Shown here: piece after piece, positions 1 to 11,492 of the stretch
Layout: the number at the start of each line of letters is the position of its first letter
Numbering within the stretch: position 1 is the stretch's first letter
Assembly (NCBI RefSeq): GCF_000143415.4
Contig: NW_003314398.1
Coordinates: 216,005-280,004 of the forward strand
Direction: 5' to 3'
Length of the DNA stretch: 64,000 nt
Origin: Selaginella moellendorffii
Taxonomy: Eukaryota > Plantae > Lycopodiophyta
Program-made: the position numbers and the translations under genes
Notes under the pieces: model-generated
Told to the model about the DNA's origin: nothing
Seen by the model: only the letters and a program-made list of their open reading frames with translations
The model's database searches: none

Positions 1-265
1 TCTTGACACAACAATCACTTTGGCATCACGGTTTGAGCAGGCCAAATTGCCAAGTCATTTTGAACATATTCAAGCATTATCAATCTTTGGAGGAATGGCT
101 ACACAGTTAGTAGGCTTGCTAAATCATACAAATTTAGGAGTCTATCCAGGCAGAGTATCTGGAATTTTGAATCTAGCAAGTGTGATAGCTCCAACTTTGA
201 TCTCAACAGTGGCTCCAATGGCTCTTATGGAATTTCAGGTTCCAGTTCCATCACTAGAGGTGTAG

Positions 266-1992
266 ATGAACAAAGTTAAAGAAGATTTAGTCGAGGCTCT
301 TACAAAGAAGATGGGGGACTTACAAGTTAATTGGATCAAGGGTGTTCAGAATCCTCCCCAGCCAGGGCGTGATCGCTCAAATGTTTGGTGCATGAAATCA
401 CTCAAATATCTAGTGGCTCCAAGTTATCATGTTCAAATGCAAAGTCTATCACCATATTGGCCACAAGTTCCATACCAAGAGAATACAACACAACAGTATG
501 CATCCACAAGTGTTCCAGTGTATGCTGTAGGAGTTGGAGTGCAAGAGTAGAAAGGGATGGGATGTCGAAGAGGCTGTGGCAGAGGTCCTCAATGCTATAG
601 ATGCTAGGAGTTTAGTTATATTCAAGCAGATTGTCCAAATGTAAAGAAGCCAAAGTTTACCAGCCAATGCGAGTGTGCGAGACTCAAGGCCTCCATCCTC
701 AAGATCAGTGTCCTTACAAGTTGAAGCAGGATTGTGGCAAGCAAGTAGTCGATTCGCGATCTGTGTTTGTTCAAGAAGCAGACCTAGACCAGACTCATTA
801 TAAGCTAGACACAAGTTGTGGTTGTGGAAAAAAAGATGTGCTTACCTAGATGGTGCAAACTCGCAGCCAGTGGCATGATCAAAATGAGGAGGTTTTTGGA
901 GATCCTGAAGAAGAGAGTGATCTTGAGCGCATTGCAAGAAGGTAGAGGTGTGAGGCCAGGGAAAAAGAGCCAAGAAATTTTAGGTCCAGCCCTATTTTAC
1001 TTCAGGTCAAGAATGGAAAGGAAGATGAAGTGTGTGCCCCAAATTCAATGGCAATACTTAAAAAAATGGTGTTCCTTCTCCAACATAGGTGAATGAGCTC
1101 TTTGATCAGTTTAGAGGGAGTAAGAAGCCACTCAGAGCAGTCAAGAGGCAGAGGTATAGACGAATGTTGAATCTGGAAGTTGTTTCTTATAATATTTTAA
1201 CTCCGAAGCGAGGAGAGAGAGGAACCCTCCTAAAAGANNNNNNNNNNNNNNNNNNNNNNNNNNNNNNNNNNNNNNNNNNNNNNNNNNNNNNNNNNNNNNN
1301 NNNNNNNNNNNNNNNNNNNNNNNNNNNNNNNNNNNNNNNNNNNNNNNNNNNNNNNNNNNNNNNNNNNNNNNNNNNNNNNNNNNNNNNNNNNNNNNNNNNN
1401 NNNNNNNNNNNNNNNNNNNNNNNNNNNNNNNNNNNNNNNNNNNNNNNNNNNNNNNNNNNNNNNNNNNNNNNNNNNNNNNNNNNNNNNNNATTTGGGCTTA
1501 TAGGGTGGCTTTCAAGTGACGACACAAGGTTCACCATTTCAGCTGGTGTATGGACAAGAAGCAGTATTGCCGATTGAGTTAGAAATTCCATCTTTGCGTA
1601 TAGATGTGGAACATGATCTTGATTGGGACAGGGCTATCAAAAACAGGTTGCAGCAGCTGGATAAATTAGATGAGAAGTGGCTCTTGGCATTTCAAGCTTG
1701 TGCAGTGATTCAACAATGTCACAAAGTTTAGCATGATCGGCACTTGCACAAGAAAGAGTTTCTAGTTGGTGATAAAGTTTTGCTCTATGATTCGAAGTAT
1801 TGGAAATGCCCTGGAAAGTTGAAGTGTCACTGGACAGAGTATTTAGTGGCAGTCGGAAATGGATCAGTCCAACTTCAGGATTTTACGAGGAACTTATTGC
1901 CAATGCAAGTGAATAGTTATCATGTGAAGAAATACTTTGAACAACCTTTTTTGTGCCTCAAGGACGATGCACCAAGTATAGTGGTGGGGTGA
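266..1992 (+). mobile_element. Degenerate Ty3/Gypsy (Athila/Tat-like) retrotransposon remnant: gag-like pieces and integrase C-terminus, interrupted by stops and an N gap
   Basis: ORFs 1516-1731 (SPFQLVYGQEAVLPIELEIPSLRI) and 1744-1992 (FLVGDKVLLYDS..PGKLK.HW..NGSVQL..QVN..HVKKY) match the non-chromoviral Gypsy integrase tail. 631-849 has a Cys/His knuckle-like CETQGLHPQDQCP. G-rich PPT-like GGTGGGGTGA precedes TGTC at ~1993. Confidence 0.75.
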
Positions 1993-2900
1993 TGTCGGTG
2001 ATAAAACATTGTCAAGGTATGGCATTTTCTTTTGTTTTTCTAATATTTGAAGAGTTGGCAAGTCGTGGAGTGGAAGAGTTCATTACAAGAAGAAAGGAAA
2101 TTAAAAGAAGTTAAGGAAGAGAGGAAAATGATAAGTGGAACTTGGTGTGAGTTGGAGAGGCAAAACAATGGAGCACAATGTAGAGCCAATGTGGTGATAC
2201 AGCATATTTAAGTGTGGCAAGGTGAGTAGCAACTGAGTACAGTGTGCTTGCACTATGGGCAAGAGTGGATTAAGCTGCTAGTTGAAGTTTTAGTTGAATT
2301 GTTAGAGGAATAGAAGCTTTTGTTCTTACGCAGCTCTTGGAGTATGAGTTCAAGGTTTTAGTTGGACTTCTAGTTGTCAGGTTTTCATTTTTGTTCTTGT
2401 TAAAACTAGAGAAATTAGCTTTCTTTCAAGCTATTTGATGTTTGGAAATAACAATAATTGAGTATATGAATTTGCCTGCTTTTCTACTTTTTGGTTTGCT
2501 TAAGCAAACCTCTAGAGGTATACGTAGGATATGTTTAAATTGTCTAGGATATTTTACCATCTAATGGTTGTTATTTACTTAGATTAGTTTTGTATTTATA
2601 ATTTATAAACATGTTTATAATATAAACACTTTGTAGTATATTCTGGTTATTCTACCATTGAATAGCTAAATTCTAAACATAATTATAAAATTTTAGTTAT
2701 TTAATTGGATTAATAAATAATACTGGCAGCCATGGATCACACAGTTCCTTGTAACATCACTTGCAACACACAACAAATTATTTGACTTTGCACTACTGAT
2801 TTTGATCAATCAGGTGCATGGTTGTTCAAACACCTAGCTTTGCAAATGAGGGGCAATTTCTAGTATAGTTACATGTGGCATGGTGATGCTGCAGGTATCA

Positions 2901-4658
2901 TTATATTTTCTCCATGACGAGAGGAAGACCGTGGCGAGGTCTGAGCGTAACTTTGAACACCGGGCAGTGGCGATACGATGGCGACAACCGAAACCGGAAG
3001 CGCTGGAGAATGGTGGCCAAGGCGATCTTGGCTTCCATGAGTGCAAAGGACTGGCCGACGCACACGCGGGGCCCGAGCGAGAAGGCCAGGAACGCGTTCG
3101 GATGCTTGGACGCCTTGGCAACGCCATCCTTGAAGCGCTCCGGATTGAACTCGTGGGCGTCCTCCCCCCAGAGCTCCTTGTCGTGGTGGATGGCAAGGAC
3201 TGGAAACGTGATCCCAACTCCCTTTGGAACAAGGATATCTCCCAGCGTTGTGTCCTCGAAACATGCTCGCATGAAATACACCACCGGTGGATACAGGCGG
3301 AGACTTTCGTGGAGGATCATGTTGATCTAGAAAAACTAATCTTGAGCTCATGAAACTTGAAAGCATTGACTCAAAACCTTACCAGCTTAAGCTTGCTGAT
3401 TGAATCGGCTTCCGGAGTGACACCGCCGAATGCTTCCTGAGCCTCCACGCGAGCGCGCTCTTGCCATTCCGGATGCAAAGCCAGCAGCATCATGGACCAG
3501 GTGAGGAGAGATGCCGTCGTCTCGTGGCCAGCAAGGTAGAAAGTCTTGCACTCCTCCATCACGGCCCGATCGTCGAAAGAAGAGTTTCCAGCCTCGGCAA
3601 GCATCAGCCCCAGCAAGTCATGACTCTGGCCACTCTGATCTCGCCGCTCCTTGATCAAGGCCAGCAGCAGCGAGTCGAGGTCGCCGTAGAGCTTTCTCAA
3701 TCGAAAGTTTGCTGGAAACGGAAGGAATCTACGGTCGATGATGAGATCGTGTTATGGTACGTGATAGAATAAAACGATGATCACCTTTTGCCTGGCAGAT
3801 AGTTGTATCGATCGATCTTGGAATGCTGCTCTGGGATTGCTCTCAAGAATTGGAAGACCTTCTGGCCTTTGAGATAGCTGCTTCCGAATGCCGTGTGGGA
3901 GATAATGTCTGCTGCTAGCTTTGAGAATTCACCACTCATTTCAATCTCGGGCTGCTCGCGGAGCGTTTCTTCACACCTGTCTAGCATCTCGAGCGCGCAT
4001 AGTCCGATACGAGGCACCATTTTCTGATTGTTATGAAGTGATCAAAGTTGATATGAAGAAGGAAAGAAAAAGAAATGCAACCTTGAGCTTCTCTAGGTAG
4101 AAAGCTGGAGCCACAACACGTCGATGGTGGCTCCACTCGCCACCATTCAAGGCAACGAGCCCTCTGCCGATTATCGATACAATTGCGGAAACCACCATGT
4201 CCGATTTCTCAAACTGAGTAACTTTCTTGGCAAGAACTTCTCTGATGAGCTCGGGCTCCGTGACCATGATCCTGGGCTCCCTCGCCCACCAGTAGAAATA
4301 CATCTTTCCTGGGAAGAAATCCTCCAGAGTCTAACTCAACTTACGATAGAAACGAGAAGAGAGACTAACCGTATTCCTTGGACCACTGGTGGTAATCCAG
4401 CAACACATGTTCCACAATGTCGTGATTCAAGCCTGCCATGTCCCGCTCCTTGGCAGTGTCTCTCATCTTCATCACCTGGAGCATATTCCCGGCCAAGAAA
4501 GTCCTTGGCGGCCCCTCGATACCCTGGCTTCGAATCCTTGTGTCGAGCGATCTTGGCTCCAGCCAATACCTGGTGACGATCGATCGCCATAGCTTCGCAA
4601 CCAGTGCTAGCAACACGAGCAGCGCGCCCGTCCACACTGCCTTGCCAATGCCCTCCAT
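2901..4658 (-). CDS. Cytochrome P450, CYP72 clan; 5 exons (4658-4370, 4308-4082, 4023-3785, 3728-3383, 3326-2901), ~508 aa
   Basis: N-terminal TM anchor, GIEGPP hinge, I-helix AGHETT, ESLR, PERF and heme motif FSLGPRVCVG. All four introns are GT..AG (56-61 nt) and splice in frame. The 5-exon layout is typical of the CYP72 clan. Confidence 0.95.
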
Positions 4659-7600
4659 TTCTCACAACAAACAAGTGACATTACATTCTACTTGCGTAAA
4701 AAACCCACGCGTGGCATAGTCCAAGTGGCATTTTCCAATTGGACGGAGTCCAGATGCCAATGACATGGGCATATATGCATTCTGAATGGTACACGACAAT
4801 CATTGACTGACATCCCATTCATTGTCATTGTCATTACCACTGGAACATTAGAATCTCCATCTTTATTTTCACTCTCACTAAAGCTTAATAGCAATTCCAC
4901 ACTTTGTCCATTTATCACTAAGGTCCAATTTCATCAATTTGAGTTATAAGTGTCTCTAATTGCTGCTAAAAAGCCAAGCCAATTTTACTACCATAACAAC
5001 CACACTATTGAAATTGAACAACATAGCTCCAAAAATCTTTTCCTCCTCAAGAACCCTAAGTCACAATTGAATTGAGGGGTTTTCATTATGGTATTTTTTG
5101 TAGTGCTTCACTAATTTTTTGAGGTCGAGGGGATTTGATATTGCAATGTCATTTCGTATATAGATGCACTTAAAAATTCTTGAGACAAAGACCATGGCTT
5201 ATCTTACAAATTAATTTAAGAATTACGCAGCCAACACTGTACAAATATACCTGGGTGGTGGATATAAATTGGACAGGGATGTACTATAGGATAATGACCA
5301 AAAAAGTTCTTAACCACGTTCAGAACAAAATATTCCTATGAATCATGTAAGGACAAATTAGAGAATTATTAACTCCTACTCTTATTGTCGAACAACTGAT
5401 TACTACTTTAGTAAGCATTAAATTTACAAGGCATTAGCTTTACATGATCCAAGAAGGCTGCAAAGTAGGCATATGTCACAAATTCATTGACAAATATACA
5501 CCATTGAGACATCTTATACACTATCCCATATAAATTGTAACTAATTTTCTTCCTTGTTTTTTCTAATCATTATTTTTGTGTTTGCGTAGTATATTATAAA
5601 TTTGTAAATTATTGGTTTTACATTTATGCCATGATTTATGAGGCAACACATTTTATTATGGCTTGTGAGCTATCTACAGCCAAAGAGGCCCATGCTATTT
5701 TCAACTTATATACACAAGCTGTACGTCACTTTGGGAGGCCAAAATAAATAAAAAGCAATAATGCTCTAGAACACAATGGCATGAAGGTTAATATGATCCA
5801 GTGTTGGGATGTAGAAGCAAGAAATTTTATATATGAAACATCAATATAAAATCAGGTAGATAGTTTATGTTTGCTTGAAATTTACCTTTATGAAAATATT
5901 TTTTTAAAGCACATCAAACATTTGTAGCAAAAATTGTATGAGCAAGTGGTATGGTTTTACAAGCATCTCTTTTGAGTCTCTAGAGGACATTAGTATTTTT
6001 GATGTATGCAATATATGGTATAAGCAAAGCTTACAAAGTGTATTTTTGCTTTATATCTTAAAAGATATTATTGATTAGATTGCAACATAAAACTTACATA
6101 AGGTTTATCTCTTTAAATGTGGTGAATAATTAAAAGCATCTCACCGCTCTATTAATTTATTCCAACTGAACTTGAGTAAGATCAAGACTTTGTTTTATTA
6201 AGCATTTTGGCATTGCTTAAATTATTTTCTTTTCTTCCAGAATAGTCCAAATCCTTCATAAAAGGATATTGAAGATTTTCTAGGAGAACTCATTTCTAAT
6301 GTTGATGGAACAACTTTAGGATAGGTTAGTTTGCTTCAATTTGCATTTGTTTGTCAAAGCCATTTTTTTTTGTAAAATGTCAATTTTGTAAGAGATTAAG
6401 CATTTATAATGCATTAGGAAGGCTTAAATTTAGATGAATAATATGTTCTTTATTTGGATCTATCTGTAGAGTGTGTAATGGCTGAGCAAGGTTTAGATCT
6501 TGCAATGTATATCAACACTGTGTTGCCAAAGCTTTACAAATAGTATAGTTAACTATTGTTTAGGGTTTAATAAGCACCAGTTTTATTCTCCTTATACTCA
6601 ATACATTGTCTATAAAGTTTATAATATTATAATTAAACTTTATATCAAACACAAAACAAAATTCATATTAGTGACTTTTTATAGATATTAGAAGTTGAAA
6701 ATTTAATAAGAATTTAATATACCCTAAGGCTATATTAAATTTAGGTTTAAATTTAGTGATTTATTATATTATTTAAGAAGTAGAATAACTAGGGTTTTTC
6801 ATTATGTTATATTTAAATATTGGTATATATTTTCCTACTCTATAAATGCCAAGATTAATATATAATTAATTTAAATTTCAGATTATATCATAGTCAGTTA
6901 CAAATTTTAGTGTGAAGAAAAATCATGTCAGATTTTGATTTTACAAATTTAGATTCTCTTTTTTATTCTAAAATGGATTGCTAATCTTATTTTTTTGAGT
7001 TGATCCTCTTGAGCACACTTGGATCTTCTATGCTTGGATCATCTATGCTTAGATTTAAAACTTCTACAACATCACTCAATACATACAAAGTTGGCATCGT
7101 GATTGCATTGAAAAGGAGCCTCCTTGGACTCCACATGCCCACATAAACATGTCAACCATGTAGTATGATAGAGCAAGGTTGCTTTTACATTTGTGCCCAA
7201 ATGGAGGAGATGAACAAGATCAAGGCGTAGGAGTGGAGCTTGGTCCTATTTGCTCCGTGGCTTTGGTTTTGGAGTGATAAGCAGGATGAGGAGGAGCTGT
7301 GGGATCACAAGTGTGATGTACAATGGGCTGGGCTATGAGGTGTAGGAGTTTGACATTGCAAGAGCTACTATTTGGAAAGCCTAAGCCCATAAGGATTGTT
7401 TTCAAGGATTTTGAGAATGCTTATGTGCTTTTTTACTACACTATAAGTCACTTGCTGATCACCCATTGATCACTTACTGAATCTCACTAATCACTTGTTG
7501 GAATGATCTTGGAAGTGATCACTTCTAGGAACGATGCTTCTTATTGCTATACCAACCTAGAACACAATGGTTTAATCTTGTCCTCCTCATGGTTTATAGT

Positions 7601-7819
7601 TTGTTCTTGGAATGTGTTGCTAGATGTGTTGTAGGTTAATGGTTTAAGGTGGCCAAAGTTGTTAAATTTAGGTTTAAGTTTTCTTGGGGGTAGGGATTTA
7701 GGGCAAAGTGACAATTGTGCCTTTGGATTTCAAACGGTTTTCCTTCTTAATTGTATTTAACAACTCCAAGATTGATGTAGTGTGACTCTTCATTTCCAAG
7801 CCAAGAGAGCTATAGTGAT

Positions 7820-8372
7820 TTAGCAAGAGTGTAAATCGAGTGTTTGATTGTTGTTTATAGTGAGTATCATGCCTCCATTTCGGTAATGATCAATTGTTCC
7901 ACTGATTGTGCCATTACAGACTAGAACACCAAGTTCTGCAATGTGAAGGGGTGGACCCCCAACTCTGGCAGCTCCTCTGGCTGCAACAGCATCCATATAG
8001 GGGCAAGTTCTTGGTGTTCTACCAATTGCCTTTGAACAGGAAGAGTGATGTGTTGCATTGCATATATTGCAGCATATAAGCAATATTCAACATGTTTTCA
8101 TCTTCTCAAGATTGCAACTCTGCTAATAACATTTCCTCCTCACCACAATTAGAGCCAACACTATATCAGCAAGTTACTGGGCAAAGCACAAGTCCTTCTA
8201 CTCTAGCCCCAAATCTTGCAATAGTTTCCACATAGGCTTTTAGTGCCATGCGAAACAGTAGTAGTTGCAACCCACATAGAAGCACAACAAAGACAAGGTC
8301 TGTGAGTGCTTTTGCAACCCCATCCACCTCCCAAGGAAGGAAGTAACCAATTAGTGTAAGTGTTTTTTCCAT
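7820..8372 (-). pseudogene. Possible decayed LINE ORF1-like fragment
   Basis: Fragmented ORFs with FLPW..VLLCGL and Cys/His-rich CNICNATHH.SSC, reminiscent of plant L1 ORF1 knuckles; weak. Confidence 0.25.
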
Positions 8373-8971
8373 CTTATTATTTCAAATGGCTCAATTGTAC
8401 CTTTGTTACTAAGATGATTTGACCACTCCATTGGCACACCATCTATTTAGTCATTGAGCCACCTCCCTTTCCAGTTCATCCTTCTCATTCCTTGGCACTT
8501 TTGGTCATGCCATTACACATTGTGTTGCTTAGCCACCTTCTCGTCAAACCACAGGTAATCTCACTATGTTGTAGCTTCCATGTTCATAGTATGCTCGCAT
8601 GGTATTGGCAATGCAAAGCCTTTCTCTACTTGTTGCAATAGTGCAAACCTTTGCTGACAATAATTGGCAAAGTTTTTCCTCTCGATGTGGACATCCTAGA
8701 AGATGCTCTCGAGTTCTAGTTGGTGTTGCTAGCTAAATATTAAATGTTCTACACATTCTAACAACAATGCTGATCATTAAGTTCATTATTGTTTTTATGT
8801 CTTGGCACCTACATTACTCAGCTGACATAGAGAGCTATAGTCAAAGGACAAGCCTTAAGAGATACACTATTAATTGATATAAGGGTTTTTGTGCACAGAT
8901 CAAGGCAGTCTAAAAGTGCCTAATTGTTTATAGGAAGCTCAGAAATTGGGAGAGAGCTCCTATTGCTTATG

Positions 8972-10710
8972 TGTCATGAATGTGACTTCAAGTATTGAAA
9001 GTTATCTATTGGCAAGTCCTTATAAACACTCTTTCCTTACTGCCACAATGGCAAAAAGTTGGTATTGCTGGACCTTTTATCAGTCCCTCTTGTGTTAGTG
9101 GAGTTAACTGGGCATTTCGAGTGTACTTAAACTGGACGAGCATAAGGACGGAATTCCTACGTGCTATTAGCTAAGCATACTTAGCTCGGTAAAGAGTTCC
9201 CATCTTATTGTCTCTTGCACTGGCTAGTGACAAAAACCCTCGCGTATTGAGACTAATCCCTGAATATCGTTGGATGATAGCTTACTGTGTATGCCAAACA
9301 CCCTCACTATTATGCCTTTTATGTTAGTCTCATTCTAGTCCCAAATTCACAATCTAGGAATATTCCATATTTAGCAAGTTTTGGCTTGTCCTAGAGATTA
9401 ACTCTTGGTACTAAAGGTGGCTTGGGGTGAAAGCCCAAAGCATGTGTTCCTCAAAGGGGAGGGGGCTGCAGGGAGTTCCAAATGTATAATAGGGATAGTG
9501 TGTAAGTCGAGCATAGCTGACTAACCTGAGGCATAGTCTAGTTTTTGTTTGCATGCCTGTCCTTGTTCTGCGTCTGGCTTGGGTTTAAGCCCAAGTTCCA
9601 TTCTATGCTAGCTGGTGGAGTACCCATGTCCTTGCGTTAGGCCACCGGTATGCCGAAATAGCGCTAGACTCCATTTGGCTCTGTTTTGCGTGCTGGTCTT
9701 GGCATTGGGATGCTGGTTACTCTAGGACTGTTCCAAGTCGCTCCGTGCTCCTGTCCTTTCACTCTTTGGGCTATATGCCTGGGAGTTGCTCCATAGTCTG
9801 GTTTTGCCACTCATTGGCTCTATGCTTAAGAGTTTGGCTCCGTACCTTCATTCGATGGCCTAAGGCCTTGAAACTTGGGTTCCACACTACTATCCTTGGA
9901 CATGTGGCATGTGTTACATGGCATAAAGAGGGTTTAAGTTCTGCTTCGTGGTGTTATCCTATGGTAAATCACCATAGGATAAAAGGTCAAAACCACGTGC
10001 GCTACATTTGGTATCAGAAGATGAGTCTTAGGGAGTACTATCCAATGAGATTGGGCAATTAGTCTCGTTACATACGCAGAGATGAAAATGAAGATTCGAG
10101 TGGGTACATATTTGGGTGTAAAAACTTCGCATTAGTTCCTTAGGTATGGATTTTGTTTACTTTTTGTACCTATTATGTGAGCTTGTTCTTGGGCTCATAA
10201 GATGGAATGAGATGTTCCGTTTGAATGAGTTTACCCTTGGGCTCATGAGTGAGGCACATTAGCAACTCAAGGTTACACTTTGAATTGGCAGGATTAATGT
10301 TAACCTATCAGTGGTTCCATGAATTGTTCCATGTACTGTGGGTGAAAGTAAACCTTCCCTGTGTTTGCTATGAGTGGCAAATAGGATGGTCTGTAACTGT
10401 TTAGCATGGCACTAGTGGATCCTTCCTAAGCATGATTACAAGTGAATCAATCAAGACTGTAGGGATTAGTCCATTGATTCAAAAATCATTATCGCCCTCT
10501 TTCATAAACTTTTCTTGAATTGGATTGAAGGCAATGCGAATGCAAGCTTGAGGTTTGGTTAAAGATAAGACCGAAAAGAGAGTCATCAGGGATAAAGGAT
10601 CAAACACGTAAATCATTTTCTTTTGAAGAGATGATTTGTAACGAGGTGTTAACTCATTGCTCATGTTCACGAGAAGAAAATTTAGAGAAAAGAAAAGTTG
10701 TTTAATCAAT
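8972..10710 (+). mobile_element. LARD-family LTR (8972-10006) with PBS and start of non-coding internal region
   Basis: TGTCA...CTACA ends and PBS TGGTATCAGA at 10009. Homologous to 26437-27558, 54260-55686, 63010-64000 and (rc) 47420-48110. Confidence 0.8.
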
Positions 10711-10851
10711 GTCACACCATTTTCAATTCATTGCTAAATTCAATAACTCAAACAAAAAAAAACGAGGACGATGATTTTTGGAATGACAATAACTTTGAAA
10801 AAAATATTGTAATGAGTTCCAATATTGTAATTTCAATTAACTTAGACTTAT

Positions 10852-11061
10852 TGTAGTGCACCTTATCTCTCTTCCCTTAAGCCAACTAAAAAAGGGGCAA
10901 AAAGAGCCCTTAATGACTATTTTATTTCCATTTATCCAAAATTCCCATTTATCCAAAATTCCAAGGATCCACGGGTAACAGTATATTCAAATTTCATCTC
11001 ATGATCATATATGCTACACTCAGAGAAAGACCCAAGATGTACAATTTTAAATTTTAGGGGT
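10852..11061 (-). mobile_element. 3' half of a TRIM (3' LTR plus part of internal region) split by transposon copy 1
   Basis: Reverse complement matches the TRIM LTR at 55887-56048 and its internal region at ~56139-56160. Flanked by CTTAT (10847-10851), the rc of the ATAAG TSD at 32791-32795. Confidence 0.85.
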
Positions 11062-11085
11062 AAGCTCTATTTCGTTAAAGTGGGA
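11062..11085 (+). repeat. Terminal inverted repeat, copy 1 left
   Basis: AAGCTCTATTTCGTTAAAGTGGGA; exact rc at 23551-23574. Confidence 0.95.
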
Positions 11086-11492
11086 ATTGTCATTATCCCA
11101 CTTGTAAAATAAGGTTTCCAAACCTTTATATAGTATATAAATATAACAAAATTCAACTGCATTGAGGCACATGCCATTTTATTTTAAACAAGGAAATGTC
11201 TACTCAATCACTTCTCACTGCTTCACCTCTCTCTTCTCCTTGTCATCGTCGTCCAATTTCTTTCCATCCTTTTAATATTGGCTCAGTTGCTCCGAGTCTA
11301 GGTGGAGCCCAAGTCCCCATTCAATCTTTACTTTCCCCTTATTAATAAAACAACTTCGTAAACTTCCAATAACATGCTGTAACACTTCTAGTATAATGCA
11401 AATCCTCTCAAAGAATTGTCTTTTAATATTAATACAATGGCATGGAACCCCATGCCATAATAAGTTACATTTTTAAATAAATACATGCCATC

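Noticed and set aside
2791-5105. CACTA element capturing the P450 (CACTAC at 2791, GTAGTG ending 5105)
   Set aside because: The inverted match is only 6 bp, and the 3-bp flanks (TTG / CTT) are not a TSD.
11061-11064. TTAA/TA target site (piggyBac, Sola3 or Mariner-like)
   Set aside because: Only one end of copy 2 shows CTTAAG; the other three junctions do not, and crosswise 4-bp TSDs explain all four.
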